DNA of 64,000 nt from Klebsiella phage phiKp_32. The notes below the pieces were generated by a model, which saw only the letters and a program-made list of their open reading frames with translations, was not told the origin of the DNA and ran no database searches. Where the stretch lies: the sequence record LC768500.1; one strand, 5' to 3'. A program made the translations under genes and the position numbers. Positions 20,501 to 30,013 of the stretch are shown here, in pieces. How positions within the stretch are numbered: the stretch's first letter is position 1; each line of letters opens with the position of its first letter.

Positions 20501-20896
20501 ATGGGTATGATCGATTATGTTTACGTTGAGGGAGATAATAAGGTCGGAATCCCTAAACTAATCGGCGGTGAGCACTATCAAACCACGGAAATGGATTGTC
20601 TTTCGGTTAAATACAAAATTAATGAAAATGGTGTATTTTCTGTCGTGGGAAAGGGTAATTGGGAAGGGGATTACGAACAAGATGTTTTGGGTGGGTGTTT
20701 AACCGAAACAATTGCGCTCGTAGGAGAAACGGAAGAAGGTAATAAAGAGCTTTTTCTTTATATCGAGAATAACGTTGTTAAATTCGTTTTCGAATACGGT
20801 AACATTCGGTATAGAGCCGAAGATATTAACCTTGACAGCATGTATCGAAAATTCACCGATGAATTCTTGGGCGAATTCGAATTCTTATTAGAGTGA
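20501..20896 (+). CDS. Hypothetical protein
   Basis: 131-aa ORF with RBS ttaggagtcaatatcaatg. Confidence 0.5.
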   Translation: MGMIDYVYVEGDNKVGIPKLIGGEHYQTTEMDCLSVKYKINENGVFSVVGKGNWEGDYEQDVLGGCLTETIALVGETEEGNKELFLYIENNVVKFVFEYGNIRYRAEDINLDSMYRKFTDEFLGEFEFLLE

Positions 20897-21051
20897 GGAT
20901 AAAATGGCTTTCTCTATTTCTGGAAATGGTCTAAAGACAAAGGGTTTAAGGACACCTAATTGCTCTTGGGTTAAAAATGCAAATGATCGATTCTATTCAA
21001 TCGATAATGGTTGGGAGCGGTATATGAAAGCCTCTACAGAAGAGATCATTA

Positions 21052-21471
21052 GTGGGGGTAAAACGCATTAACCTCAGTTCACCTGATTTTGGCATTAACG
21101 ATATTTTGATTAGTTTAATCGTTAGATTCAATACCGATATTCGTTTGAGCAAAATCTTCAGGAAGGTTAACAATAATGATGTTCCTTCTTTGTTTAACAA
21201 CAGCGACTTCGTAAAGCATTACACTCAGCGACCTCATATAGAAAACGGGTTATTGAAATATAACGGTTGGACAGTGGGGGTGGGTCGTCCGCTAAAAATC
21301 CAGTCTTTTGATTGGAGAGTGTATGGGTCTGAGGGATTTAACGTCATAACCATTCCCAACCCAAAACCTAAACTAAAGATCCGGTTTACAAGAAGCGATA
21401 AACCAGGCTACGTTAATTTTGTTGTTAAAGAACAACCAGGGCTTAACGAATGGGAGAAAGTTTATGAGTAA
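21052..21471 (+). CDS. Hypothetical protein
   Basis: 139-aa ORF; start uncertain. Confidence 0.3.
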   Translation: MGVKRINLSSPDFGINDILISLIVRFNTDIRLSKIFRKVNNNDVPSLFNNSDFVKHYTQRPHIENGLLKYNGWTVGVGRPLKIQSFDWRVYGSEGFNVITIPNPKPKLKIRFTRSDKPGYVNFVVKEQPGLNEWEKVYE

Positions 21472-21967
21472 TCGGGGATTATCATCGAGTCCTTATAAGA
21501 GCAGACTCGAGAAGAAAAAGAAAGATAAAAAGAGAGCACGTATTCTTGGAGGCCCTAAACTGAGAGGACGTAAAAGCGCTCAACAGAGAGTACAAATAGA
21601 TTCATTCCTGGAAAGAGTTACTGCCGATGCCGAATCATGGGCGGAGCGACAAAAGACAGAAGAGTGGTTAAAGAATCCGCTTTATCCCTATTGGCGTAAG
21701 GATCCCTTCGAGATAAGACTCTCCGGGGTTATTTCTCCTCCTGCGTTTTCCGGTAAAGACTATCGAATGCTTTCTGAAGCGCTTAAAAATGTTGTGTTGA
21801 CTAAAACTATCCCCAGTGCCTCTGTGGAAGCACTGAATGGTTCCGCTAACCGACAAGAGAGCATTTACAAATCATTCTCTTTTTATAACCATAAAGAGAT
21901 CGATCTCCGGGACTATGTTAAAGTCCACGGTCGCCCACTAACTACTAACGGATTCCACCATGGCTAA
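21464..21967 (+). CDS. Hypothetical basic protein
   Basis: Lys/Arg-rich N-term; ATG overlaps the upstream stop. Confidence 0.4.
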   Translation: MSNRGLSSSPYKSRLEKKKKDKKRARILGGPKLRGRKSAQQRVQIDSFLERVTADAESWAERQKTEEWLKNPLYPYWRKDPFEIRLSGVISPPAFSGKDYRMLSEALKNVVLTKTIPSASVEALNGSANRQESIYKSFSFYNHKEIDLRDYVKVHGRPLTTNGFHHG

Positions 21968-22424
21968 ATCTATTTGGAAACCGGGTGTTAAAATCACTCG
22001 TAAAGAAAAGAAAGCACTTCGTCGTTTAATGCCTCATCCTAATAAGGGTCGGAGACACTACCAGTGGCGGGTAGAGAATACCCGTATTAGTCGTATTATG
22101 AAAGACGTAATAAACGACGACGGAACTCTGAATATCGTCAACGTCGCTAAACGTACCACGCGGGTTTCGGATAAACTCACGATGAAGCGGGAATTTATTT
22201 ATACCCTACCGAACTCTTCGGACGAGAGAAATATTCAGGCTTTTCGTCCTCGTCTCATGGAAGGATTTTCCGAGTCAGATAAAGAACGATTCAATGAAAT
22301 CTGCCGTGAGGTACTCGAACAACAACTTATCGATGGGTTAAAGAACAGATTAACTGCTCGAGAGATAGAAGGAGAACATCTTCGTGGTCAAGCCAGTGAC
22401 GTATCGTCAGTTCCTAAAGAATAA
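21960..22424 (+). CDS. Hypothetical basic protein
   Basis: MAKSIWKPGVKITRKEKKALRRL; overlapping start/stop with neighbour. Confidence 0.45.
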   Translation: MAKSIWKPGVKITRKEKKALRRLMPHPNKGRRHYQWRVENTRISRIMKDVINDDGTLNIVNVAKRTTRVSDKLTMKREFIYTLPNSSDERNIQAFRPRLMEGFSESDKERFNEICREVLEQQLIDGLKNRLTAREIEGEHLRGQASDVSSVPKE

Positions 22425-22641
22425 CGACATCCCCAAGGATAAGAAAGAACCTCTTATTCCTACCACAGCGGTATTACTACCGAAACCCGAGGTTCCTAAA
22501 GGGCTTAATTCTAGCCTGCGCAGTACCGACGGAACGGGGATAGATACCTTCGGTAATTTAGATGGGCGGTCTGGAAAGATCGAAATACTCAACGCTAAGT
22601 ATGCTCATGGAGAATGGTTTACTTGGCCCAACAAATAGGTA

Positions 22642-22797
22642 ATGGTCATGGAAAAGTTAACGGTAATGAAAAATGTTTTTGAGTTAGCAACGGACATTAC
22701 TCCTAAGAGAAAAATACCCGATACTAAAAAGATACTAGAAGCGGGTAAAGATTCTGTCGTTGAATTCATTAACGAATATTTGGAGATGAAGAAATGA
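22642..22797 (+). CDS. Small hypothetical protein (51 aa), stop overlaps the frd start (ATGA)
   Basis: Not in ORF track; read from sequence: MVMEKLTVMKNVFELATDITPKRKIPDTKKILEAGKDSVVEFINEYLEMKK. Confidence 0.35.
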   Translation: MVMEKLTVMKNVFELATDITPKRKIPDTKKILEAGKDSVVEFINEYLEMKK

Positions 22798-23315
22798 TCA
22801 TATCACTCATTATTGCTTTAGATGAAAATAACGTTATCGGGCAGGACGATCGTATTCCCTGGAATGAACCAGAAGACATGATGTGGTTTGTTACTAAGAC
22901 TCGTCATAAGGCCATCGTAATGGGTCGTAAGACGTTCGACGGTCTTCATAACCCGTTACCTAACCGGTTGAATATCGTCCTTACCAAAGACGGTAAGGAG
23001 CGCCCTGGAGCTATTACTGCTAAGACCCCGTGGGATGTTCAGAAAGCGGCTATCGACGCGGGTTATAACGAATTGGTTATTTGTGGCGGTCCTGGTTTAT
23101 ACGACTACGCGTTAAATAACAACATCGTGGATAAGATCTACCTGACTCGTGTTTTGAAAGAACACGAAGGTAACGTTAAATACGTACACCCTCTTTTGGA
23201 AGAACTCCTAGGTAGCGATAAAGTCGGTAATTTGTATGCGGGCAAATGGGTTCTGGACCAGTTCGTCTCAGTGCCGGGTTTAGTATTTCGGACCTTAACC
23301 AAAGTAAGAAAATAA
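22794..23315 (+). CDS. frd: Dihydrofolate reductase
   Basis: MIISLIIALDENNVIGQDDRIPWNEPEDMMWF...AIVMGRKTFDGL matches the DHFR signature. Confidence 0.9.
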   Translation: MIISLIIALDENNVIGQDDRIPWNEPEDMMWFVTKTRHKAIVMGRKTFDGLHNPLPNRLNIVLTKDGKERPGAITAKTPWDVQKAAIDAGYNELVICGGPGLYDYALNNNIVDKIYLTRVLKEHEGNVKYVHPLLEELLGSDKVGNLYAGKWVLDQFVSVPGLVFRTLTKVRK

Positions 23316-23338
23316 ACACAGACCAATAGGAAATAAAA

Positions 23339-23902
23339 ATGAAACAGAAATTTCATCAAGGTGATTTGGTTTTTATAAAAGAAGACCTCGGTCCTTTTAT
23401 GGGTCATTTCCAAAGTGGATGCAGGGCCATTGTTGAGTACAGTTACAATGATCGTTACGGGGATCGAGATAAATCAAAAGAGTTTAAAAATGAGTCCGAT
23501 ATCAGTTACTCTCTTTGGTTAGAAGGGAGAGGAAGTGTAGCCTGGTATCATCAGGACCAACTCATTCTCATTGAAGAGGGGAGAAGGGATCTCTTAGAAC
23601 AGTGGGAGAAAGAGGAGGAAGAGAAAAAGATTAGGGAATCTGATCTGGATTATATCTTTTCCATCAAAGATCCTAATAAACTAGGTTATTACAGTCTGCA
23701 AGCCTTGGCTGACGTAATGGAACTGGGGTCGCTTTGGGGCCCAAGAGGAGAGGGCATTGATTTGGTTCGAAATCAGCACATCATGTGTCTTATCGCTGGC
23801 CGTTTCATGGCGTGTGAAAACCCCAAGGAAGAATTCCTAAAATCCGCGAGTGAGTTTAAAGAGAAAGTTTCCTCTGGTGAAATCAACACGCAGATAAAAT
23901 AA
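23339..23902 (+). CDS. Hypothetical protein
   Basis: 187-aa ORF, RBS ggaaataaaaatg. Confidence 0.5.
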   Translation: MKQKFHQGDLVFIKEDLGPFMGHFQSGCRAIVEYSYNDRYGDRDKSKEFKNESDISYSLWLEGRGSVAWYHQDQLILIEEGRRDLLEQWEKEEEEKKIRESDLDYIFSIKDPNKLGYYSLQALADVMELGSLWGPRGEGIDLVRNQHIMCLIAGRFMACENPKEEFLKSASEFKEKVSSGEINTQIK

Positions 23903-23953
23903 AACCTTTAGTATCCCTTTGTAAATCCAACGGTTATTTTTAGGGAAAACATC

Positions 23954-24043
23954 ATGTTAAAGAAAACACTTATTTTTATTGTCGCTGTTATTGTTCTTCT
24001 CGGTGCCGCGGCGGAACGTCAACAAAAGAAGAACGCGATCTAA
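23954..24043 (+). CDS. Small hydrophobic peptide (29 aa)
   Basis: Not in ORF track: MLKKTLIFIVAVIVLLGAAAERQQKKNAI, preceded by the stereotyped tttttagggaaaacatcATG module. Confidence 0.45.
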   Translation: MLKKTLIFIVAVIVLLGAAAERQQKKNAI

Positions 24044-24085
24044 TCGCTAATACTTTAGAACTAGCTTTAAATATTTGATCTATCG

Positions 24086-24120
24086 TAACTCCTACTCCCT
24101 TATGGGAAGTAGGAGTTATA
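24086..24120 (+). terminator. Hairpin family A copy (taactcctactccc ttat gggaagtaggagttata)
   Basis: Near-identical to the 13900 hairpin. Confidence 0.65.
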
Positions 24121-24137
24121 CCATGACTTATTTTTTT

Positions 24138-24166
24138 TTACTTGTATTTCATCATAAACCTATATA
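24138..24166 (+). promoter_or_regulatory. Sigma70-like promoter candidate TTACTT-17-TATATA
   Basis: Shares the 22-nt leader ttttttacttgtat..ttt with a second site at 24674. Confidence 0.3.
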
Positions 24167-24223
24167 ACTTAAGTACATAAACATAAAACTTTATTAATTA
24201 AACCGTCTACGAGGATTTTTAAC

Positions 24224-24625
24224 ATGACCACTAAAGATAATAATCTGCTGGATAAACTGACCCAAGCGCTCAAAATCGACGTCTGTTCGCCAGAATATCA
24301 GCATGCGATCGGATTGCTTGATACACCACGGTATCGTGACAATGAACCCGATTACCTGATGTGTGCGCTGTGCGCTGCGTTCTCTAAAGATAATGGATTT
24401 AACCCTGTTGAGATTCCTGAAATTCTAGCGGTCTCTACAGCCATTATGTTACGTGAGTTCGTAGAGACCCGTAAGGAACCCACTAAATCGCAAATGACGA
24501 ATATTGCTAACGACCTCAATATTCGTTTTAATCGCGATGATTGTTTTACCATTCTTTTCGAAAACAAACAAAAGGTAGAAGATATTATCGTCGGTATTGA
24601 TTGGATCTCGTTGCTCAAGAAATAG
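24224..24625 (+). CDS. Hypothetical protein
   Basis: 133-aa ORF downstream of the promoter-like element. Confidence 0.5.
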   Translation: MTTKDNNLLDKLTQALKIDVCSPEYQHAIGLLDTPRYRDNEPDYLMCALCAAFSKDNGFNPVEIPEILAVSTAIMLREFVETRKEPTKSQMTNIANDLNIRFNRDDCFTILFENKQKVEDIIVGIDWISLLKK

Positions 24626-24637
24626 TTTATACCCGCT

Positions 24638-24667
24638 CCTATCTGGAGCGGGTATAAATGGAATATT
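24638..24667 (+). terminator. Hairpin tatacccgctcc atct ggagcgggtata
   Basis: 12-bp perfect inverted repeat after the stop. Confidence 0.55.
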
Positions 24668-24673
24668 TATTTT

Positions 24674-24703
24674 TTACTTGTATATTTTTATGAATCTTTA
24701 ATA
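24674..24703 (+). promoter_or_regulatory. Second promoter candidate with the same ttttttacttgtat leader
   Basis: TTACTT, then 17-19 nt, then TTTAAT/TAATAT. Confidence 0.25.
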
Positions 24704-24816
24704 TCTAAGTGTAAAATGAAACAGTCATTAGTCTTATATGGTTGTTTTTTCCTAACCGAGAAAATGGATGTTCTCGGTCTTTTTTAATATGGAATATAAT
24801 TTTAGGAAATCTGATC

Positions 24817-25233
24817 ATGAAAAATATTTTTATCGCTCTCTCTCTGTTCGTTTTCTCTTTCTCTGTACTGGCTGAAGATTTTGTCTGTAAGACAGAAGCC
24901 TATGTCGCTGATCCGAAAGGAACTGATCCGGCCGTAATAACCCATGGCGTTTACAGCTTTGATTATAATCGCGCTACCGACGTTTTAACCAAAATCGATG
25001 GTAAGAAAGATGACTTCGCAGTCCCTACCTTTGCGGTAGGTAAAGACGACAAAGGCATCACCGTCCGAGTGGGGTATAAAGGCAAAATGGTATATTGGTT
25101 TGGGTTTAACGGCCGGGCTATCGATTCCGTCATTCTGGCGGAACATAAAACCATGATAACCCGAGATTCTTTTAAAGGGGACGCTATGGCGAAAACAGTT
25201 TATTTGAAAATGTACAGCGACTGTTCTTATTAA
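24817..25233 (+). CDS. Secreted protein with N-terminal signal peptide
   Basis: MKNIFIALSLFVFSFSVLA|EDF; RBS module tttaggaaatctgatcATG. The ORF-track start at 24742 is upstream. Confidence 0.55.
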   Translation: MKNIFIALSLFVFSFSVLAEDFVCKTEAYVADPKGTDPAVITHGVYSFDYNRATDVLTKIDGKKDDFAVPTFAVGKDDKGITVRVGYKGKMVYWFGFNGRAIDSVILAEHKTMITRDSFKGDAMAKTVYLKMYSDCSY

Positions 25234-25242
25234 GGGACGACG

Positions 25243-25938
25243 ATGAAAAGAAATGTGTTTGTCGAAATGCTCGACAACGGAGTGAGGATAAGAGCGCTTT
25301 CAGAAGATGCTAAAACCACACTGATCGACCACACGTTCACCACTCAATCGTTGTTGACTTCCGAACAGTTTCGACGCCTAGTGGACATCGCAGAAGAGAA
25401 TTGGGAGATCGAAAGTCAGTTTAGAAGATCTGTCCAGCTGTGTGTCCACTGGGGTGTGGTTACCAAGGAAATCGTCGACGGGTTAACTGAATACATCGGC
25501 GATCGTAAAGTTGCTGAACTGGGTTGCGGGCACGGTTATCTTCTTTCTTGTTTAAAAGAAAAAGGAGTCGATATCCGAGGATACGACCTGGGGATCGAAT
25601 CAGGAGAGGCCGAAGAATGGTTGGGTTCCAAAATCGTAACCGATAAGAAACATCATTTGTTTGCTTCTTATACTTCGGGTAATTATAACGAACTCTCGTT
25701 CGATTATTACGATATCATTCTCATGGTCTGGCCTCGTAATGCCGATCAAGCATTACTCAAAATGAAGCCTGGGCAGACGCTCATTCTTATCGGGGAATTG
25801 GACGGCTGCACCGGAGGTCCTCTTCAAGAGAGGATTTTGAATGAGCGTTTTGAAGTCATAGAAGAAAATTTCTTAGGGAAGCATTATATCCGCTGGGATG
25901 GACTGCACGACAAGATTAACATTTATCGTAAAAACTGA
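25243..25938 (+). CDS. Class I SAM-dependent methyltransferase-like protein
   Basis: Motif I VAELGCGHGYLL followed by acidic IRGYDLG; no DPPY-type DNA MTase motif seen. Confidence 0.5.
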   Translation: MKRNVFVEMLDNGVRIRALSEDAKTTLIDHTFTTQSLLTSEQFRRLVDIAEENWEIESQFRRSVQLCVHWGVVTKEIVDGLTEYIGDRKVAELGCGHGYLLSCLKEKGVDIRGYDLGIESGEAEEWLGSKIVTDKKHHLFASYTSGNYNELSFDYYDIILMVWPRNADQALLKMKPGQTLILIGELDGCTGGPLQERILNERFEVIEENFLGKHYIRWDGLHDKINIYRKN

Positions 25939-25965
25939 CATCAACTTTATTTAGGGAAACGTATC

Positions 25966-26421
25966 ATGTCATTACTGAAAAACATCGTTATTAAATCTTC
26001 TTCTATTTCCGCCATCTGTGGGATTCCGACTTATAAGGATAAACCTTGCGCTTACACCAACGTGGGGTTCAATCGCAAACTTTACGGTACTGGTGTGGAC
26101 TACGTCCTCGATAATTCGGATGGGATCCTCAAACAAACTAATCTGGATGAAGCCAGTTCTGATCAGCCGACTAAACTTAACGGTGTTTTCGTTATTAAAC
26201 ACATGACTGGGTTGGTTGACGGCAATTCCTGCGTAATCGGGGTTAAGGACGACGTCATCCTTTGCGTGGCGGACAACAAAGGACTTATCTGGACCCACCC
26301 CACTCACTCCACGATGACCATTCAGGATGAGTGCCTCAAAGAGGTGATGACCCCCGACGGATTCGAGCAGTATAAGTTGGGTCGTAAACGTCGCTTCTCT
26401 GACGATCTGGCTTTCTTTTAA
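25966..26421 (+). CDS. Hypothetical protein
   Basis: 151-aa ORF, RBS tttagggaaacgtatcatg. Confidence 0.5.
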   Translation: MSLLKNIVIKSSSISAICGIPTYKDKPCAYTNVGFNRKLYGTGVDYVLDNSDGILKQTNLDEASSDQPTKLNGVFVIKHMTGLVDGNSCVIGVKDDVILCVADNKGLIWTHPTHSTMTIQDECLKEVMTPDGFEQYKLGRKRRFSDDLAFF

Positions 26422-26493
26422 AGGGAGTCGTTCCAGAAACGAAATAACTTGATCGGGAGGAAACTCCCGATTGATAAATTAGGAAACCGCGCC

Positions 26494-26958
26494 ATGTCCA
26501 ATATTTTTGAAGCTAAGACTTATATCGAAATCGTTTCTTGTTCTGATGACGAGGTGATTCTTAAAGATACTCGCCATGACGGGATCTTGAAAATTAAATG
26601 TCTCGGTGATTTAAAAGGAACGACTATCCGTTCTGAAATTCAGAACGCCTTTATTTACGGTAATCTGTTGCTGAGAATCAAAGGAGAAAATACTTTCTTC
26701 TGCAAAGAAGGGTTTGACCTATCAGGTAACGTTCAAATCCATAACGTTGTTCTTCTCGACCCTATTTTAGAAGACACTTCTCTGATCGACGTTGAACTCC
26801 CTAATACAGAGTTAAGCGTCCGTTTTGCTTCTCTTGAAAATGTCCCTCCTTATAAAGGACCCAAGAAAATTACCTTGGCGTACGGACTGTATGCAGGAAG
26901 CGATCTTTGTGGCTCTTTAGACATTAACCGTATTAACGGATCGAATGTAAGAGCCTAA
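26494..26958 (+). CDS. Hypothetical protein
   Basis: Start at MSNIFEAK after attaggaaaccgcgccATG. Confidence 0.5.
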   Translation: MSNIFEAKTYIEIVSCSDDEVILKDTRHDGILKIKCLGDLKGTTIRSEIQNAFIYGNLLLRIKGENTFFCKEGFDLSGNVQIHNVVLLDPILEDTSLIDVELPNTELSVRFASLENVPPYKGPKKITLAYGLYAGSDLCGSLDINRINGSNVRA

Positions 26959-26986
26959 AAAAATATTTGTATTACAGGAGATCGAA

Positions 26987-27379
26987 ATGATCACAGTTGA
27001 TTTAACAATGGGTCGTGTGACTCGTCTGGGTCTAATCATCAACAGGATTCAAAATTATCCTCGTCGTAAGGACCTCAAAGATTTAGCCCCGCTATTTATC
27101 TTTGATGAAACCAATTGGTTTTACCCGCGTTGCGAAATAAAGTGGAATAACCCGGAAACCTTAATCACCTGGCTGGGGTTGGTGGCTGACGAATTTCCCG
27201 AAGTCGGTGAAGAAGTCGAATTGATCGTTCGTGCGATCGAGGGTAAAACGTCCGGTCGGGTCAGTGCTTTTGATTTACTCAATACCCCCACTCACCAACA
27301 CCTTCTCCTGGTTTGGGATATCCATGAGAAAAAGACAACGGTTAAACATCCCGGCGGAGACCACCCCTTCTTTAAATAA
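26987..27379 (+). CDS. Hypothetical protein
   Basis: 130-aa ORF, RBS aggagatcgaaatg. Confidence 0.5.
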   Translation: MITVDLTMGRVTRLGLIINRIQNYPRRKDLKDLAPLFIFDETNWFYPRCEIKWNNPETLITWLGLVADEFPEVGEEVELIVRAIEGKTSGRVSAFDLLNTPTHQHLLLVWDIHEKKTTVKHPGGDHPFFK

Positions 27380-27405
27380 TCCGTTTTTCTTTAGGAATAA
27401 ACATC

Positions 27406-28050
27406 ATGGCAACTCCACGTAAAAAGAAACCCGCAACAAAAAACCGCATGACTTTCGAACAAAAACGTCTGTCTGAAATCATTAAGAAAGTCTATCACGA
27501 GCTCTATTTTGTCGGTGCATCTTTCTATAAACCTACGGCGGTTAACGCCAATAAACTCTTCTTGGGGGCGCAGGGCAAGGAAGTGCATACCGCCAGGAGA
27601 ATTCTATTAGATCATTTGATCAGCCTTAAGACGAACTGGCCTTTATGGGTTGGGTGTTTCTTCAATACCCCTAATGGAATCTCTGTAGCTACCGCAGACT
27701 CTTTATGGGAAAATGAGACGATGTTATCCTTCGGGGGTCAGTTTCATAAAAGGATCGATAGTATCGTGGATGGAATTATCGAAGCAGAGGCTGATGCTGA
27801 TTGCACTCGGGAAACGTTGATAGGATACGGGTACTTCTTTAGTCACTGCGATGTCTACAACATGTCCGGGACGGACGAACGTTTAGTAAAACTGATGCTC
27901 CCCTATATGGATGGGTATTTGGCTAAAGAAGTTAAACCAGAAGACGTCGTCGTTAGCACAGACCTTTTGATCGAATCAATAGTCAAACGCGGTGGGGTGG
28001 CTAAAGATGGCAAAATCGAAGAATACATCGAGGTGTCGGAGGAGTGGTGA
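27406..28050 (+). CDS. Hypothetical protein with basic N-terminus
   Basis: MATPRKKKPATKNR...; RBS tttaggaataaacatcatg. Confidence 0.5.
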   Translation: MATPRKKKPATKNRMTFEQKRLSEIIKKVYHELYFVGASFYKPTAVNANKLFLGAQGKEVHTARRILLDHLISLKTNWPLWVGCFFNTPNGISVATADSLWENETMLSFGGQFHKRIDSIVDGIIEAEADADCTRETLIGYGYFFSHCDVYNMSGTDERLVKLMLPYMDGYLAKEVKPEDVVVSTDLLIESIVKRGGVAKDGKIEEYIEVSEEW

Positions 28051-28598
28051 AACGATTATACCTGTTACTCATTTTGCTCGGATTAAGTTTTAGTAGTTTG
28101 GCCAGAGTCGACATCGTCCTGGTCTGTAACAAAGTTGGAGAGACCAAAGGAACTGGGGTTGTTAAACCGACTCTTTACAACACCGATATTAATTATTTTA
28201 TAATTTCCAAAAATAAAATCTCGTTACTCAATGGGCGTTATGGCGGTGTTCTTATGGGACTCCCTTTTTTCCTTTTTCGTGATAAAGGAAAAATAGAGGG
28301 CGGTGGTTCTGCCGGGTACGATAAGATCGATCTCGGTTTTACTAATGGTGACCTCGTCATAAACCTCACTAGGTTCACGAAATTCATAGCGACCCCGGAT
28401 AACAAAGAGAACAAAGTAGATAAAACGATTGAGTTCTCAGAATGTTATATTTTGGATCGGATTATCACGCCTGATGTAAAAGAAGCCGTACCTTTCTCTG
28501 AAACCGATAATAGTGATGTTAAAGGCAGAAGAGGCCCTAGACCAGGTCCGGCTAATCCAGGCGGTCACCCCAACGGTCCTCCAGGACCACCCCGTTAA
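28044..28598 (+). CDS. Secreted protein with signal peptide and Pro/Gly-rich C-terminus (GTG start)
   Basis: VKRLYLLLILLGLSFSSLA; C-term RGPRPGPANPGGHPNGPPGPPR. Confidence 0.45.
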   Translation: MVKRLYLLLILLGLSFSSLARVDIVLVCNKVGETKGTGVVKPTLYNTDINYFIISKNKISLLNGRYGGVLMGLPFFLFRDKGKIEGGGSAGYDKIDLGFTNGDLVINLTRFTKFIATPDNKENKVDKTIEFSECYILDRIITPDVKEAVPFSETDNSDVKGRRGPRPGPANPGGHPNGPPGPPR

Positions 28599-28616
28599 TT
28601 ACTCAAAGGAAATATC

Positions 28617-29234
28617 GTGGAAAAAACTATTTTTGACAAGATCGTCGACTGGTCTACTGAACGTAATATCATCACCGCGGGCAAGCCTTCCGGCCAAGTC
28701 CTTAAAGTCATGGAAGAAATGGGGGAAATCGCGGGCGGCGTTGCTCGCAATAAACTCGATTTGATCAAAGATGCCGTAGGTGATGTTTTGGTCATCATGA
28801 CCAACGTCGCTAAGATGTACGGGGTTGAACCGTCTTCTGTTATTACCTTTGACGAAGATGAACGAGGAGGGCATTTTGTATGGGCGGCGGGCACGATTAG
28901 CTTGATCGCGGATATGTACGCCTTTTGGGGAGAAGCCTTTAGCCTCGTAGAAGAGTACGACGTCGAGCGCAATTTTACCGACCTAGACGCCGTCTATTAT
29001 CCGGTGCTCAACATCCTTTATGAAATCTCCCGCCGTTATAACTTTACGTTGCAGGAAGCCATCGAAGCGTCTTACGACGAGATTAAAGATCGTAAGGGAG
29101 TTTTCTATAACGACGTCTTTGTTAAAGAAGCTGACTTCACTCCAGCTTGGGCGGTTGAGACGTTAGCGGATAAAGGTCTGTCGATGTCGGCTCGCGGATA
29201 TCTCTCCCATTGGTTGGCGAGACAAGCCGGTTAG
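28617..29234 (+). CDS. MazG-like nucleoside triphosphate pyrophosphohydrolase
   Basis: WSTERNI...KVMEEMGEIAGGVARNKLDLIKDAVGDVLV has the MazG/NTP-PPase helix pattern (EExxE...D); GTG start. Confidence 0.6.
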   Translation: MEKTIFDKIVDWSTERNIITAGKPSGQVLKVMEEMGEIAGGVARNKLDLIKDAVGDVLVIMTNVAKMYGVEPSSVITFDEDERGGHFVWAAGTISLIADMYAFWGEAFSLVEEYDVERNFTDLDAVYYPVLNILYEISRRYNFTLQEAIEASYDEIKDRKGVFYNDVFVKEADFTPAWAVETLADKGLSMSARGYLSHWLARQAG

Positions 29235-29280
29235 TAATCTTTGTGGGTGGGGCTTCCCACCCCCTATTTAGGAGAAAATT

Positions 29281-29556
29281 ATGGCTCAGGCGCCATCCAT
29301 AGTTTATTATGCTGCACGCACCACACCGACGGGAATTCTTTTGGTTGGTCAGGATCCTGACACCAAAGAGGTTCGTAAGTTCGATGTACCTAAAGATAAG
29401 CTGAACGCCAAATTAGGCGAGAAGTTTCGTTTGAGTTTCGGGGAGTTTCTCAGGGAAGATGAGCCTGACCCGATTATCTTCAGGGTTCATGATCTGAGTA
29501 AACCCAAAAAGAAACTCAATCCAAATAAGAAACATGCTAAAAGGAAAAGAAAATGA
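29281..29556 (+). CDS. Hypothetical protein with basic C-terminal tail
   Basis: Ends KPKKKLNPNKKHAKRKRK. Confidence 0.45.
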   Translation: MAQAPSIVYYAARTTPTGILLVGQDPDTKEVRKFDVPKDKLNAKLGEKFRLSFGEFLREDEPDPIIFRVHDLSKPKKKLNPNKKHAKRKRK

Positions 29557-29693
29557 TCACGGAGATAGTAACTATCGTACTATGTTACTTCGCCGGAGGG
29601 TGGTTTTTACATTTACTCTGGTGGCGTAATCAGAGAGCCCCAAAAGAAGGCTACGTCAAAACGTTATTCAAAGCCTGGCTTAGTCCTATATGA
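29553..29693 (+). CDS. Small membrane peptide (46 aa), ATGA overlap with the upstream gene
   Basis: Not in ORF track: MITEIVTIVLCYFAGGWFLHLLWWRNQRAPKEGYVKTLFKAWLSPI. Confidence 0.4.
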   Translation: MITEIVTIVLCYFAGGWFLHLLWWRNQRAPKEGYVKTLFKAWLSPI

Positions 29694-29764
29694 CATCTGT
29701 TTATTCTTATCGGCCATGCGTTTAAACGGGTAACTGAATTCTTTTTGGAAATCTTTAAGTAGTC

Positions 29765-29989
29765 ATGTTAGAGTTTAAAATTAAATGTGTCAGAGGAAGA
29801 CGGATGTATAAACTGTTTTCCTTTTTAAGGGAAGTTCTTTACGGGAGAGGGGTGATTTCTTCTACAGCGATTGACTGGGAGTTGGGAGAAATCACTTTGA
29901 GTATCTTTGCGCCGGGAGAAGAAGAAACACTGACAGAAGAAATAAAACAGTATTGCGAACAACACAGCTCATTGACTTTTCTATCCTAG
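29765..29989 (+). CDS. Hypothetical acidic protein
   Basis: 74-aa ORF; alternative start at 29804. Confidence 0.35.
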   Translation: MLEFKIKCVRGRRMYKLFSFLREVLYGRGVISSTAIDWELGEITLSIFAPGEEETLTEEIKQYCEQHSSLTFLS

Positions 29990-30013
29990 TCTATCTTTTT
30001 AGGAATTAACATC

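Noticed and set aside
20905-21072. 55-aa ORF MAFSISGNGLKTKG... between 20501-20896 and 21052
   Set aside because: It is plausible because an RBS is present, but it has no supporting motif and overlaps the uncertain start of the next ORF. Not called.
26018-26206. Overlapping small ORFs (26018-26206 +, 25972-26307 -) inside 25966-26421
   Set aside because: They are fully contained within a longer same-region ORF that has an RBS: shadow frames.
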